DNA of 64,000 nucleotides from a virus: positions 45,653 through 109,652 of the IMG/VR virus record IMGVR_UViG_3300027754_000055; one strand, 5' to 3'. Positions 30,661 through 40,408 of this stretch are shown here, piece after piece. Position numbers and translations under genes: made by a program. The notes under the pieces were generated by a model. The model had not been told where the DNA came from. It saw only the letters and a program-made list of their open reading frames with translations, and did no database searches. Position 1 is the first letter of the stretch, and each line of letters opens with the position of its first letter.

Positions 30661-31780
30661 CAACAAGGTTTAAGCCTTGCTTAAGAATATTTTTTGATGC
30701 ATTCCAATCCCTCTGTTGAACTACTCCGCAACCTTTGCAAATCCATTCTCTGTCCTTGAGTTTTAGATTTTGGTTGATGTAGCCACAGTCCGAACAAGTT
30801 TTAGAACTTGGAAAAAATCTATCAACTTTGATTAATGTTCTTCCGTACCACTTGCACTTATATTCTAACAAATTAACAAAACTACTCCAAGAACTGTCTT
30901 GAATGGCTTTTGATAATTTATAGTTTTTCAACATGTTTTTAATACTTAAATCTTCTATACAAATCACTTGGTTTTCGTGAACTAATTTCGAAGAAAGTTT
31001 ATGCTGAAAATCTTTTCGGAGATTGGTAATTCTTTCGTGAATTTTTGCTACTTTTAGCTTTTGTTTTTTTCTTCTATTTGAACCTTTCAATTTTCTTGAA
31101 AGATATTGCTGTTGTTTCTTTAGTTGGTTTGAATGCTTAACAAGATATTTTGGATTCGATATCTCTTCTCCATTAGACAAAAAAGCGAAACTCTTGATTC
31201 CAAGATCAACTCCAACAGCATTGTTTATTTTTGGTAAGTTATGAATGGTTTCTTCTACAGAAATAGAAACAAAATACTTGTTGGTTGGTGTTTTGGTAAT
31301 GGTTGAAGTTGTGATCCTGCCTTTGATTGGTCTGTGCTGTTTAATTTTAATTCCGGTTTTAAACTTTGGAATATGGAGCATTCCATTTTCGATTGAAAGG
31401 CTTTGCGGAATACAAATAGATTGTTTTCCAAATTTCTTTTTGAAATTTGGAAAACCACTTTGCTTTTTGAAAAATCTTTTGTAAGCAATATCTAGATTTT
31501 TAAGTGCTACTTGAAGGCTTTGTGAGTTTGCATCTTTTAAAAATTTAGTTTCTGGGTTTTGCTTTAAAAGAGTTAAAGCTTTTGCATTATCAAAATAAGA
31601 AAGAAAATTTTTTGTTCTTTCTTCTTCGATTTTTTCTTTATTTTTTAGAAAATGTTCTTTTTCTTTATTGAGAAAATAATTCCAAACAAAACGAGAACAT
31701 CCAAACATTTTAGCAAACAAATTTTGCTGTTCTGTGTTTGGATAGATTCTAAATTGGTATGTTTTGTTTTGCAGAACCAT
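30530..31780 (-). CDS. tnpB: RNA-guided endonuclease TnpB
   Basis: N-terminal YQFRIYPN..FGCSRFVWN HTH, RuvC GVDLG / CIEDL / QRDWNAS, zinc finger CSDCG..CKGCG. Confidence 0.95.
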   Translation of the reverse strand: MVLQNKTYQFRIYPNTEQQNLFAKMFGCSRFVWNYFLNKEKEHFLKNKEKIEEERTKNFLSYFDNAKALTLLKQNPETKFLKDANSQSLQVALKNLDIAYKRFFKKQSGFPNFKKKFGKQSICIPQSLSIENGMLHIPKFKTGIKIKQHRPIKGRITTSTITKTPTNKYFVSISVEETIHNLPKINNAVGVDLGIKSFAFLSNGEEISNPKYLVKHSNQLKKQQQYLSRKLKGSNRRKKQKLKVAKIHERITNLRKDFQHKLSSKLVHENQVICIEDLSIKNMLKNYKLSKAIQDSSWSSFVNLLEYKCKWYGRTLIKVDRFFPSSKTCSDCGYINQNLKLKDREWICKGCGVVQQRDWNASKNILKQGLNLVDRSFGTNDYEHGGNIKPSANLEISDEVLKVLEINSLEAHRLVL

Positions 31781-31877
31781 TTACTTTATACCTAATATTA
31801 AGTATGGTGTAAATTTATTTTTCTATATGAATCGCATTCATCCCACAGGACGAGCCTGTGGGTTTTCTGCTCATGCA

Positions 31878-32165
31878 ATAAAAACTGAAATCCGGCACAA
31901 ATGCACTTATTTGGATAATTTTCTTGATCCTTTTACGTGGAATAGAATCAGCAACAAAGAAATGGTTTGCTGATTTCTCTTGCATATTGATGCCTTCCAT
32001 GTCTATTACAACAATAGAAAGATTCTGATGTTTTTCCATTAGCCGTGGATCTTCCAATATCTCTTCCATTGCGACTCCAATAGAGTTTGTAAGTTTAGCT
32101 TGTGGATATATGCCAGCTGTCGTCAGCAATAAACCGGGGTTATTTGTAACATGATAATAGATCAT
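31878..32165 (-). CDS. ART/Tpt1-like small protein; 3' end interrupted by the IS
   Basis: YYHVT..GIYP..LT..A..IVVID..IP..I pattern; the ORF reads into the IS left end (stop at 31815); pre-insertion end reconstructs as ..FSFYLDLTNLVN*. Confidence 0.5.
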
Positions 32166-32185
32166 TGATTATTTCCTTTCAAAGA

Positions 32186-32368
32186 TTATAGCGCATCGCT
32201 ACGATATTTTAGAATTAGTTTTTCAAGCTCTTCACCGGCCCAGCCTCCAACCAGCATACCTGTATCAGCATTTCGACTGAGTAAAGGCCCATTTTGGTGC
32301 ATTCCCCATGAACGAAGAGTGACGATTAACTCTGCTGCTGCCTCTAGAATCTCGTTGTTATTATTCAT
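32186..32368 (-). CDS. hypothetical protein, leaderless start
   Basis: TTTACT-N17-TATGAT-N6-ATG. Confidence 0.6.
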   Translation of the reverse strand: MNNNNEILEAAAELIVTLRSWGMHQNGPLLSRNADTGMLVGGWAGEELEKLILKYRSDAL

Positions 32369-32471
32369 AATTCCATCATATCAGAATGGGCAACAGAAGT
32401 AAATGGTTTAGTTGTTTTAACATGATTTACTTATTTTCACAATTGATTTTTCAACCATAACTGTTTCAACC

Positions 32472-32873
32472 TCAACTACCAAACAATCCATAACCACCAA
32501 TATTGATGTAGCTGTTGCTCTCGACAATCTGATATTCAAACATTGTGTCTCCAAGTTTGCAGATAAACAAGAAGATCTGAGCAAACAGTTCTTGGTCAAG
32601 ATAACAAGTATCTTGTTCAAGACCATCCTCATAAAAATCAAGAAACCCAAGATCCAAAAGCTTCGTCTTGTATTCTCGCTTCATGCGACAGTCTTCATAT
32701 TGCTCGCAAACCTCATTAATAAAATCAAAACCAACAATAAATCTGCCAACTTGATATGCCGCCAGCAACTCACCATTGGAAAGACTTGAGTTGATGACAA
32801 CAGTTTGAGATTGACCATGCCCATCACCAGATGGGTCGCCCAGAATCAAATCAATGCGGTGTGTGTTATTCAT
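32472..32873 (-). CDS. hypothetical phage protein, leaderless start
   Basis: GDPSGDGHG and IGGYGLF motifs; TTTACC-N17-TATGAT-N6-ATG. Confidence 0.7.
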   Translation of the reverse strand: MNNTHRIDLILGDPSGDGHGQSQTVVINSSLSNGELLAAYQVGRFIVGFDFINEVCEQYEDCRMKREYKTKLLDLGFLDFYEDGLEQDTCYLDQELFAQIFLFICKLGDTMFEYQIVESNSYINIGGYGLFGS

Positions 32874-32912
32874 GCATACATCATATCAGTTTGCGTTGGT
32901 AAGGTAAAGCAG

Positions 32913-33173
32913 TTAGCCTTCTTTACAGGGATTAATTTCCTCAATGCAACCCTTGCACCATTCAGCGTCTTCTGATTCTGAATAGGCGACCCACCCAATG
33001 TTTCCATCGGCTGTTAGAATCTTACAGGATAATTTATCCTGTTCCAATAGAACAAAAAGACTTTTTTCTGTGACATAAGAAACCTTGATTTCTTTGGGGT
33101 GAACAATTGTTTCTTTTGAAGGATAAAGCACCCAAAAATACTTTTTGAACTGATACAAGCTACCGATCTTCAT
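32913..33173 (-). CDS. SH3-like 'IG.LY...G.IGW' paralogue
   Basis: MKIGSLYQ ... CKILTADGNIGWV. Confidence 0.65.
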   Translation of the reverse strand: MKIGSLYQFKKYFWVLYPSKETIVHPKEIKVSYVTEKSLFVLLEQDKLSCKILTADGNIGWVAYSESEDAEWCKGCIEEINPCKEG

Positions 33174-33222
33174 TTGTTTACCCGTTTATATTCTATAGCT
33201 TCCTTAAGCCTTTTATTCTTCC

Positions 33223-33762
33223 TCAGATTGCGGGGTGTGTAGGTAGCTTGTGTTCTGCTAGCATATCCAGATATTCTTTACCATCAACAAGATAACACTT
33301 GATTTGTGTGTGATTCATGGCCCAAACCCATTCACCACCAATCAATCCACCAGCTTGAATGCCATATTTGATAATCGCTTGCAACATCTGATCTTCACGA
33401 ATATCAAACAAACTATTATCTGCTGGATTGATTACTTTATAAGCTCTGCTGCCTTCCATGCGAACATCGATATCCGTAAGAATCAATCCCGTCATTGGTT
33501 TATTTGCAAGAACAATAGGTGTATATCCTGTTGAACCGTTAGATATTGGAGGAGCAATAAGATACCAATATCCTTTTGGAACCCAACAGCTTGGAGGCCC
33601 ATAAGTCCATATAACATCTGCCCACTGTACGGCAGTTTCTTTTTGCTTGACAGAATCTGGATCAAAATATAATGTACTTTGAGGACCAGTAGATGTGATG
33701 TTGTGATTGATTGGCTGTTGAGCCAATCCAACGTTGTGAAGAATCTTTGTTCGCTTGCTCAT
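33223..33762 (-). CDS. hypothetical protein, leaderless start
   Basis: TTGACT-N17-TATTCT-N6-ATG. Confidence 0.65.
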   Translation of the reverse strand: MSKRTKILHNVGLAQQPINHNITSTGPQSTLYFDPDSVKQKETAVQWADVIWTYGPPSCWVPKGYWYLIAPPISNGSTGYTPIVLANKPMTGLILTDIDVRMEGSRAYKVINPADNSLFDIREDQMLQAIIKYGIQAGGLIGGEWVWAMNHTQIKCYLVDGKEYLDMLAEHKLPTHPAI

Positions 33763-33805
33763 AGATTCAGAATATCAAAGAATATTGATAAAGTCAAGCA
33801 ATATG

Positions 33806-34543
33806 TCAGCGGCGAAAGTTTCTGATCCCTGCTCGCATTGGATGAACGCCGCCCTGCAAAGCTTCATCGGATATCTTTTGCTGGAACTCCAAGTTGATGA
33901 ACTTACCAAACACACCGGAGCTATAGTTCTTTAATACAATGCCTTCGGCTATTTTGGAACCAAACGAAGATATACGGTCAGCCAATGTTGGAAGCTCTTC
34001 TGGGGAAACAATGCCCTTCCAAACAAGAGGAACAACAGGCGCTCCCACTTCTTCGCACACCGCTTCCTTTTCTTCTCTGTTTAGCCACTTGCCTGTTCCT
34101 TGACCTTTTTGATATGGAGGCTCAAACTCTCCATCCAACACATCATAGCAAACAGTCATATCCGGCCAACCACCAACGGAGTATGGAACGTTCTCATATT
34201 CAACGCTGTGTTTGATCGATAGGGATTCGCAGAAAAAGGTAAAACCACCTTTGACGATAATCATTGGGTGTCCGTCAACTTTTTCTTCCACGACCAACTC
34301 TGAGCCATCGAAGAGGCTGTCCATCTCTTCATCGGTCATTGTTGGTTTGCCGGGAATGCGAGCTTTTGCTTTGTCGATCTCTTCGTTGCCAACAGCAACC
34401 TTTTCTTCTTTTGTTCTTGGGTCAACAATCTTGGCAACAGGAATGCGGCGAACTCCTGTTATGTCTTTATAACCAGCATTGTCAATAACTTGCATTGGCT
34501 CCTCGACGGATTCATTGAACAGTATAGGGAATATTTTTATCAT
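33806..34543 (-). CDS. ATP-dependent RNA ligase (Rnl2-like nucleotidyltransferase domain)
   Basis: Motif I EEKVDG, YDVLD, VPLVWKG, motif IV EGIVLK, motif V GKFI. Confidence 0.8.
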   Translation of the reverse strand: MIKIFPILFNESVEEPMQVIDNAGYKDITGVRRIPVAKIVDPRTKEEKVAVGNEEIDKAKARIPGKPTMTDEEMDSLFDGSELVVEEKVDGHPMIIVKGGFTFFCESLSIKHSVEYENVPYSVGGWPDMTVCYDVLDGEFEPPYQKGQGTGKWLNREEKEAVCEEVGAPVVPLVWKGIVSPEELPTLADRISSFGSKIAEGIVLKNYSSGVFGKFINLEFQQKISDEALQGGVHPMRAGIRNFRR

Positions 34544-34558
34544 ACCGATAAATACAAT

Positions 34559-34756
34559 TCAAAGCTTTTCTGCTACCCACCCACTCCCGTCTGGGTAATC
34601 AAAATCAATATGCATTGGTCCGATTCCACATTCATCACAAACTTGACGATCTACATAATCTCCAGCCTCAACCTCTGAACGGTGAACCTCAAACCCATTA
34701 CCGCATTGGCTACATTGAATCCAACCAATATCTTTTGTTTTTTCAGTTATTCCCAT
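34559..34756 (-). CDS. small zinc-ribbon protein
   Basis: CSQC and CDEC pairs. Confidence 0.6.
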   Translation of the reverse strand: MGITEKTKDIGWIQCSQCGNGFEVHRSEVEAGDYVDRQVCDECGIGPMHIDFDYPDGSGWVAEKL

Positions 34757-34762
34757 AATATA

Positions 34763-35092
34763 TCACCACCTATAGTTCACAAACAACGGCCCAAGTTCCC
34801 ATGTGATAATCGGACCATCGTAGTAAGCATCATACCGTTTCAATAATCCAAACAAAAACACTTTATCTGGAATCTCATCTTTCCAAACTTCGGAACGTTT
34901 TGCTGTGTTTACTCCAAGAGTCCACCATGAGTAACCAACACGCCATTCCATCTTAGGATTCAACGCTTCATGAACTATATTGAAAAAAGAATAATCGCTA
35001 GTATCAATATCAATCACATATCTGTTGCGAAGAATATCAGAATGCTGATGAGGTGTTCGGTCAAATGACGGTAGTGGTAGTTTTAGTTTCAT
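34763..35092 (-). CDS. hypothetical protein
   Basis: 109-aa ORF within a co-oriented cluster. Confidence 0.6.
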   Translation of the reverse strand: MKLKLPLPSFDRTPHQHSDILRNRYVIDIDTSDYSFFNIVHEALNPKMEWRVGYSWWTLGVNTAKRSEVWKDEIPDKVFLFGLLKRYDAYYDGPIITWELGPLFVNYRW

Positions 35093-35864
35093 TTTGAGTT
35101 TCCATTTCCAAGTAAGCTACAGCTTCTGTATATTTTTGTGGATCTAGTCTCGCATATTCAAGCAATGGTTTTTCTTTTCGCTGTTTGCTAATCCAAGCAA
35201 CAACACCTGTATAACCAAACTTTGCTTTCATGTCAAGAACCAAGTCAATATCGGATCGTTGGAAATTTTCTGAATCCGCACAAGCCATACCAAACGTATC
35301 ACTACAAAGAAGCGTAGGAAAAACCTTGGTTTCCAGCCAATCTTTATCAGATTCGCTATAAGTGGTAAAGAACACATACTCATCTTGTGATAGCTGACAT
35401 AGCTTTTTCAAATATTTTAAATGTTCAGCAGCGTTACCGTCATAAGGTAAAACTTGCATAAAATCAAAATGGCTTACAAACGTTTTGTTTTTGTTTTCCT
35501 TGATCCAGTTTTCAGCTTCTTGATATTTTTCCATGCTAAACCAACTGCCGAAATGTTTGCTTTTTTCTTCAATAGGTTTATTTTTTATTTCTGGAAAGTA
35601 TGAATCGTTCGGGTATAGAGTTTGATATGCTATATTTCCAATACTGTGATAGTTTCTTGTTAGTTCAATGAAAAAATCTAAATCTTCTTGCTGAATGTCT
35701 TTTTTTGTAAGGGAAGTAAAATGATATGTAGATTGTTCTACCTGATCATCTAAAAACACTACATCTCGGGCTTGAAGCCAAAAAAGTTTATGCAAAAGAA
35801 GAATCTGGTCTTCTGGGTTTGTTACGAACTTGGGATCAGAAAAGTTGATTGTTGTTGTTGTCAT
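35061..35864 (-). CDS. hypothetical protein
   Basis: 267-aa ORF with an LCSDTFGMACADSE motif. Confidence 0.7.
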   Translation of the reverse strand: MTTTTINFSDPKFVTNPEDQILLLHKLFWLQARDVVFLDDQVEQSTYHFTSLTKKDIQQEDLDFFIELTRNYHSIGNIAYQTLYPNDSYFPEIKNKPIEEKSKHFGSWFSMEKYQEAENWIKENKNKTFVSHFDFMQVLPYDGNAAEHLKYLKKLCQLSQDEYVFFTTYSESDKDWLETKVFPTLLCSDTFGMACADSENFQRSDIDLVLDMKAKFGYTGVVAWISKQRKEKPLLEYARLDPQKYTEAVAYLEMETQNETKTTTTVI

Positions 35865-35878
35865 AAGATCATTGTTCT

Positions 35879-36160
35879 TTATTTTTTGAATAGCGGCATA
35901 TATTCATCATTATTTGATATTGTTTTCTCTTCCTCTGTCCACCCAATCAGCTTTTTCATCTTGCGAATGCATTGCGGCGCTCTTGCTGCCGATTCACCGA
36001 GAATATTATATCCCATTCCCTTGAAACCATCATCAAGCCGCTTTCGGGCATCCAGTGCCTTGAGATACTCTTCAATAACCAAACTTAGTTCCGCTAAATC
36101 AGAATGCGGATCTACCGTCCTGCATTGACACTCTTCGTGATTCCAATGATCATGTTTCAT
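35879..36160 (-). CDS. hypothetical protein
   Basis: Likely start MKHDHWNHEECQC. Confidence 0.55.
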   Translation of the reverse strand: MKHDHWNHEECQCRTVDPHSDLAELSLVIEEYLKALDARKRLDDGFKGMGYNILGESAARAPQCIRKMKKLIGWTEEEKTISNNDEYMPLFKK

Positions 36161-36274
36161 AATTATTTTTCTATAAATGCAATCCTTTATATGATGCGAT
36201 GATAGCATCCGGTTTTTGTTATGTCAATCAATTATAATTGATTGAAAGATATGTTCTACGAAATTTTTGTTGTG

Positions 36275-36571
36275 TTATTTTGAAATTTTTTTTATTAATT
36301 TAATCGAGCGTTTACTTGTTGGTATATTTGAAATATTTCCATCACCCGAAAGAATCCAGCCTATATTTCCATCAGCGGTCAAAACTCTATATTCTTTTTT
36401 AGCAGTTTTAATTTCTATCCACGGAATATCTTTGATCTCTAAAATCAATATTATATCTTCTGGAATTAGGACGCTTGTCGTCGCTGTTATTTTCCCCGAC
36501 TCTTTCCATAGTACCGTTAACTTATTGATCTTGTAAAGATCGCCCACTTTAATCATTGTATTTTTTGCCAT
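36275..36571 (-). CDS. SH3-like paralogue
   Basis: IKVGDLYK ... YRVLTADGNIGWI. Confidence 0.65.
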   Translation of the reverse strand: MAKNTMIKVGDLYKINKLTVLWKESGKITATTSVLIPEDIILILEIKDIPWIEIKTAKKEYRVLTADGNIGWILSGDGNISNIPTSKRSIKLIKKISK

Positions 36572-36798
36572 TCTTCTTTGGAATAAAATACATATCCAAC
36601 AATTCCATTTTGGCTTATGATTTTAATGGAGCCATATCCATCTGGCCCATCTTGCGGTGAGTATGTTAAGTTTGCTTCAAGAACCATGCCAATTTCTTTG
36701 GGATAAATATATCCCAAATGCATATGAAGCCATATAGCCTTTCCGCTTATACCAATATATTTGTAGAGCTTACCAATCTCAATTTCTTTTTTATTCAT
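36553..36798 (-). CDS. SH3-like paralogue
   Basis: IEIGKLYK ... IKIISQNGIVGYV. Confidence 0.65.
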   Translation of the reverse strand: MNKKEIEIGKLYKYIGISGKAIWLHMHLGYIYPKEIGMVLEANLTYSPQDGPDGYGSIKIISQNGIVGYVFYSKEEWQKIQ

Positions 36799-37011
36799 TC
36801 AATGTGTACTTTCTTCTGATTCTTCTTCGAAAGCTAACAATGAACTTGAAAATACTTTCTGTGGATCATGATTTCTATCATCAAGAAGATGACAAAGGTC
36901 TATCATTAGATCATGAATTTGATCATGAATATCATCACTGCTCATAGTAATTTTAGCATATTGACTTATAATCATAAATGCTCTGTTAATAGCATTGGTT
37001 TTAATATCCAT
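36799..37011 (-). CDS. hypothetical protein
   Basis: DLMIDLCHL motif; abuts the downstream gene. Confidence 0.6.
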   Translation of the reverse strand: MDIKTNAINRAFMIISQYAKITMSSDDIHDQIHDLMIDLCHLLDDRNHDPQKVFSSSLLAFEEESEESTH

Positions 37012-37071
37012 TTTTTCTTTATTTCTTTATTGCATGAGCATGATAGATATAAAAGCAAATGTCAACTACAA

Positions 37072-37257
37072 TTATTTTGAATGTTCTGAGTCGAAATATA
37101 GCTTTGCCAAAAAACCTCCTGTTCTAAGGCCGATATTCCAGAATATCAAACAAAAAACTCCAGTATTTAATATTATTTTTAGCAAACCCGGTGTCATGTT
37201 TGATAACCAAAAAAGTAAAATCATCAACTCAATCATGTTCAATCTATTATTAATCAT
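37072..37257 (-). CDS. small putative membrane protein
   Basis: Two hydrophobic stretches. Confidence 0.4.
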   Translation of the reverse strand: MINNRLNMIELMILLFWLSNMTPGLLKIILNTGVFCLIFWNIGLRTGGFLAKLYFDSEHSK

Positions 37258-37351
37258 GTTTTCTTATGCGATTGTAGCCGTTTAAAAACAATAAATAAAT
37301 CATAAAACTAAGAATATTTTCAGCTAGCTAACATCCATTATACTTATTGTT

Positions 37352-38068
37352 ATGAGAATATTTGATATATTATTTGAACAACATGATATTAGTGCAAAAA
37401 AACCACGTAGAACAATTTCAGAGGTTGGCTCTAAAGGAATTGTTCCAGTGCATCTTGAAAATGATCAGCGAGTTTTACTTTTAAATAGCAAAAACATCGC
37501 AGACGCCACAAAAAATGCAAAAAGTAAAATTCAATTTATGAGAATGTTTATAAATGGCGTTGCAGAAAAATATACAGATTCAACTCCGTATGACGTAAAT
37601 GCTCAATGTATAATCGGACAACTTAATTATAAAAAAATCTCAAATGGGCTCTATAAAGTCAATTCTGTAGCTGCAATAAAAAGTTACGGCTCTTTGCTAT
37701 ATGAATTATTAATGCAGTTTATCTCCGCAGAAAACGGTTATATTACTCCATCGGTTCCAATAGAACAAAAAGCACTGGACGTTTATCATAGATTTATGAA
37801 CAGATCTGACATAGAGAAAAAACAAATACAAGATATCAATAGAGTCGCATATTTCGTTCGCAAAAAACAAATCAGCAATCAATACCCAGAATCAAAACAA
37901 GAAAATAAACCATTTTATTTAGGTTTTCAAATGCAAGGCGCACCATCATTCACTCCAATAAAAGAAATACTTGGATCAGCAATGGATGAGTTTAATGTTT
38001 CCGATCAAGAAATAGCTAAAGCAGCAAGCGATTGGTTTAATAAAAGATATAAGCCAGAAGATCAGTGA
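37352..38068 (+). CDS. putative GNAT-like protein with a virion-type N-terminus
   Basis: YKVNSVAAIKSYGSLLYELLMQ..ITPS..KALDVY resembles acetyl-CoA-binding motifs; TACTTA-N5-ATG; starts MRIFDILFE. Confidence 0.55.
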   Translation: MRIFDILFEQHDISAKKPRRTISEVGSKGIVPVHLENDQRVLLLNSKNIADATKNAKSKIQFMRMFINGVAEKYTDSTPYDVNAQCIIGQLNYKKISNGLYKVNSVAAIKSYGSLLYELLMQFISAENGYITPSVPIEQKALDVYHRFMNRSDIEKKQIQDINRVAYFVRKKQISNQYPESKQENKPFYLGFQMQGAPSFTPIKEILGSAMDEFNVSDQEIAKAASDWFNKRYKPEDQ

Positions 38069-38370
38069 TTGGCCAAAACAAAGTTCAAGCCTAAATAGTA
38101 AAATTCTTCATCACCCAAAAGAAAATATCCAACATTACCTCTGGAAGTTATTATTTTATGCCACCACAGGCTGTCATCTAAATCGTGCTGAATGGTCTCA
38201 ATAAAACAAAAAATATTTTGATCGTTCGTATATACAATATCAATAATGCTGTTTTTTTCCAAATCATTATCCATTGCATATTTCCAGACTTCTAACTTAT
38301 CTGTCATACGATAGCTTTGATGACGACTGCACCAATAAAGTTTACCAGATTTTAAATTAATTCTTTTCAT
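38062..38370 (-). CDS. SH3-like paralogue
   Basis: LKSGKLYW ... WHKIITSRGNVGYF. Confidence 0.65.
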   Translation of the reverse strand: MKRINLKSGKLYWCSRHQSYRMTDKLEVWKYAMDNDLEKNSIIDIVYTNDQNIFCFIETIQHDLDDSLWWHKIITSRGNVGYFLLGDEEFYYLGLNFVLANH

Positions 38371-38489
38371 ATTAGTCTTTTGCCCTCTTCTATTGGTTAT
38401 CTTCCACGATAGCCTTTAACAATAAGAATGTCTTGACTTTTATTATATTAACTTTTACTGTTAGTCATCACAAACCAAAGGAATACATT

Positions 38490-38888
38490 ATGACAATTAA
38501 AATTATGTACATTCGATCAGTTAAATCAGAACGTCCTGTAGGATGCATTGCAACGGTACAAAATGAAACAACAAACGGTAAGCAGCTTACGATCGGCTGG
38601 AGTTATTGCTCTCGGAATAATATTGATGTCTTTTCCCGCAGATCTGCTCGTAAGATTGCTTGTGGACGTGCAAGTAAAAATGATACTATTTCTGTTTCAA
38701 TGCTAGCGAATGATACTGCACACACACTCCGAGAACGTGTACTAGAAGCAGCGGCCAATCCAAAAAACAAACTACCTAGTGGATTTCGTCGTGTATGTAA
38801 GCAAATGCTTGAAGAAGAAAAACGAGAGTCGGTAGAAGAGGTTAATAGCCTTGCTCCTTCTGGATTCTCCAAAATCACTTACCACTGA
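38490..38888 (+). CDS. hypothetical phage protein
   Basis: IGWSYCS..DVFSRRSARKIACGR motif; AAAGGA RBS. Confidence 0.7.
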   Translation: MTIKIMYIRSVKSERPVGCIATVQNETTNGKQLTIGWSYCSRNNIDVFSRRSARKIACGRASKNDTISVSMLANDTAHTLRERVLEAAANPKNKLPSGFRRVCKQMLEEEKRESVEEVNSLAPSGFSKITYH

Positions 38889-38954
38889 TCATCATTCCAT
38901 CCATCTACCTAATTTTTCTGTTCATGATATAAAAAATTACCATAATTAATTGAT

Positions 38955-40178
38955 ATGAACAATATCAATCTTGCGGTAAAAAAACTAAATTCCCTCCTCA
39001 TTGAATCAAAACAATCAATTGTAAATCTAGGATTCCCAGAAGTTATTGCTTCCATACTATATGAAAAATATGGAAAAAATGCTTTCGTGGTATCAAAATG
39101 GTATAAAGATTATTTTACAGCCGATTATGAGGCCATGGATAATAAAACATGGTGGAGAAGAGCAAACACAGAATACTCATTAAAACAACTTGGCTTAACT
39201 GATTTAATCATGCTTTATGATGCTGCTAAAATATCATTCGAAGAATATAATAAAATAAAAAAACAACTTGAACTTGAAGTAGATGATACTCAAGAGTTTA
39301 ATAAATCAGAAAAATTACAAGATCTAAGAGAAGAAATAAGTAGAGATTTTTTCAAAAAAGTATTTTTCAGTAGAAACCTAATCATCGGTATCGACTCAGG
39401 TAAAATCATTGACCTTCATCCATATGCAAATTTAACATTTCAAGAAGCAAACGAAAAATATGAAAAGAAATCAATTTTTAGCGATAAAACACCAATAAAA
39501 AAATATCCAAATGGATGGCGCTGGGTTGACGCAGGTGCCAAATGTGACTTGGTGGGTGGAATGATGAAAAATTGTGGCAGCACAGGCATAATGAGCATGG
39601 ATAAAGATCGTACCATGCTAACATTATTCGATGAACAAAATATTCCACATGTGGTTGCTACATATTCACCAAATGAAAAAAGAATATCTGGTGTAGAAGG
39701 TCAAGCAAGCACCGCAGTAAAAAATGAATATGCGGATTATGTAATTGATTTAGTAAAAACATTGGGCGCAGAACTTGATTATGATAGAGAAAAATCAAAA
39801 TTCCTAAAACTCAAATATGCCTTGGGAAACAAATTAAAATCACTAAAAAAAATCCCTACTGAAAGCGATTACGACGAATATTATGTGCTCGTAACAAGTG
39901 ATAATAAGACATATTATACAAACAGCTATGAGATGATATCAAAAGAAGATGTAGATAAAATCAATTTCAAAATGTTTAAGCCGCAGCCAAAAAACATTGT
40001 GGAAAAAACTAAATTGGTCTTCGGATACTACAATAAAGAAAAGATATTAGATGCAAATCCAGATATAAAATACATTCGTGACTCTCAGTTTATAAATCAA
40101 ATAAACCTACAAGAAAACGTAAAAGGTATAATAAAATCCGTAATTAGAGAGATGTTGCTAGGGATTGATAGTAGATAA
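38955..40178 (+). CDS. probable virion protein with a PcfJ-like domain
   Basis: GWRWV..GGMMKNCG..LTLFDEQNIPHVVAT; TAATTA-N6-ATG; starts ..LNSLLIE. Confidence 0.6.
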   Translation: MNNINLAVKKLNSLLIESKQSIVNLGFPEVIASILYEKYGKNAFVVSKWYKDYFTADYEAMDNKTWWRRANTEYSLKQLGLTDLIMLYDAAKISFEEYNKIKKQLELEVDDTQEFNKSEKLQDLREEISRDFFKKVFFSRNLIIGIDSGKIIDLHPYANLTFQEANEKYEKKSIFSDKTPIKKYPNGWRWVDAGAKCDLVGGMMKNCGSTGIMSMDKDRTMLTLFDEQNIPHVVATYSPNEKRISGVEGQASTAVKNEYADYVIDLVKTLGAELDYDREKSKFLKLKYALGNKLKSLKKIPTESDYDEYYVLVTSDNKTYYTNSYEMISKEDVDKINFKMFKPQPKNIVEKTKLVFGYYNKEKILDANPDIKYIRDSQFINQINLQENVKGIIKSVIREMLLGIDSR

Positions 40179-40408
40179 TATCGCTCGCTCTACTGGATAG
40201 CTTCTTCAACAAGCTCCTATAAAGCTCATTAGCGGCCTCTTCTAGCTCTTCCTCATAACTAATCAATCTTTCGTATAGCCAGCTTCCCTGGCATATCTGG
40301 GGCGGTTCTGAAGCACCTCGTGTGCTTTCACAATTCACTGCCAAAAAAATACCATGAAAGTTATGACGTATCTCCTGTGTAAAGCGATTTTAGCAAATAT
40401 TTAATTTT

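Larger units (their letters stand above)
30521..31877 (-). mobile_element. IS200/IS605-family element, tnpB-only (IS1341-like)
   Basis: Same end hairpins as 27969-29564; left target TTTAT (31878-31882); right end TTCAC. Confidence 0.9.

Noticed and set aside
27978-31780. TnpBs as Cas12f or as catalytically dead TldR-like repressors
   Set aside because: No array or cas genes are present; transposon ends are intact and all three RuvC acidic residues are present in both
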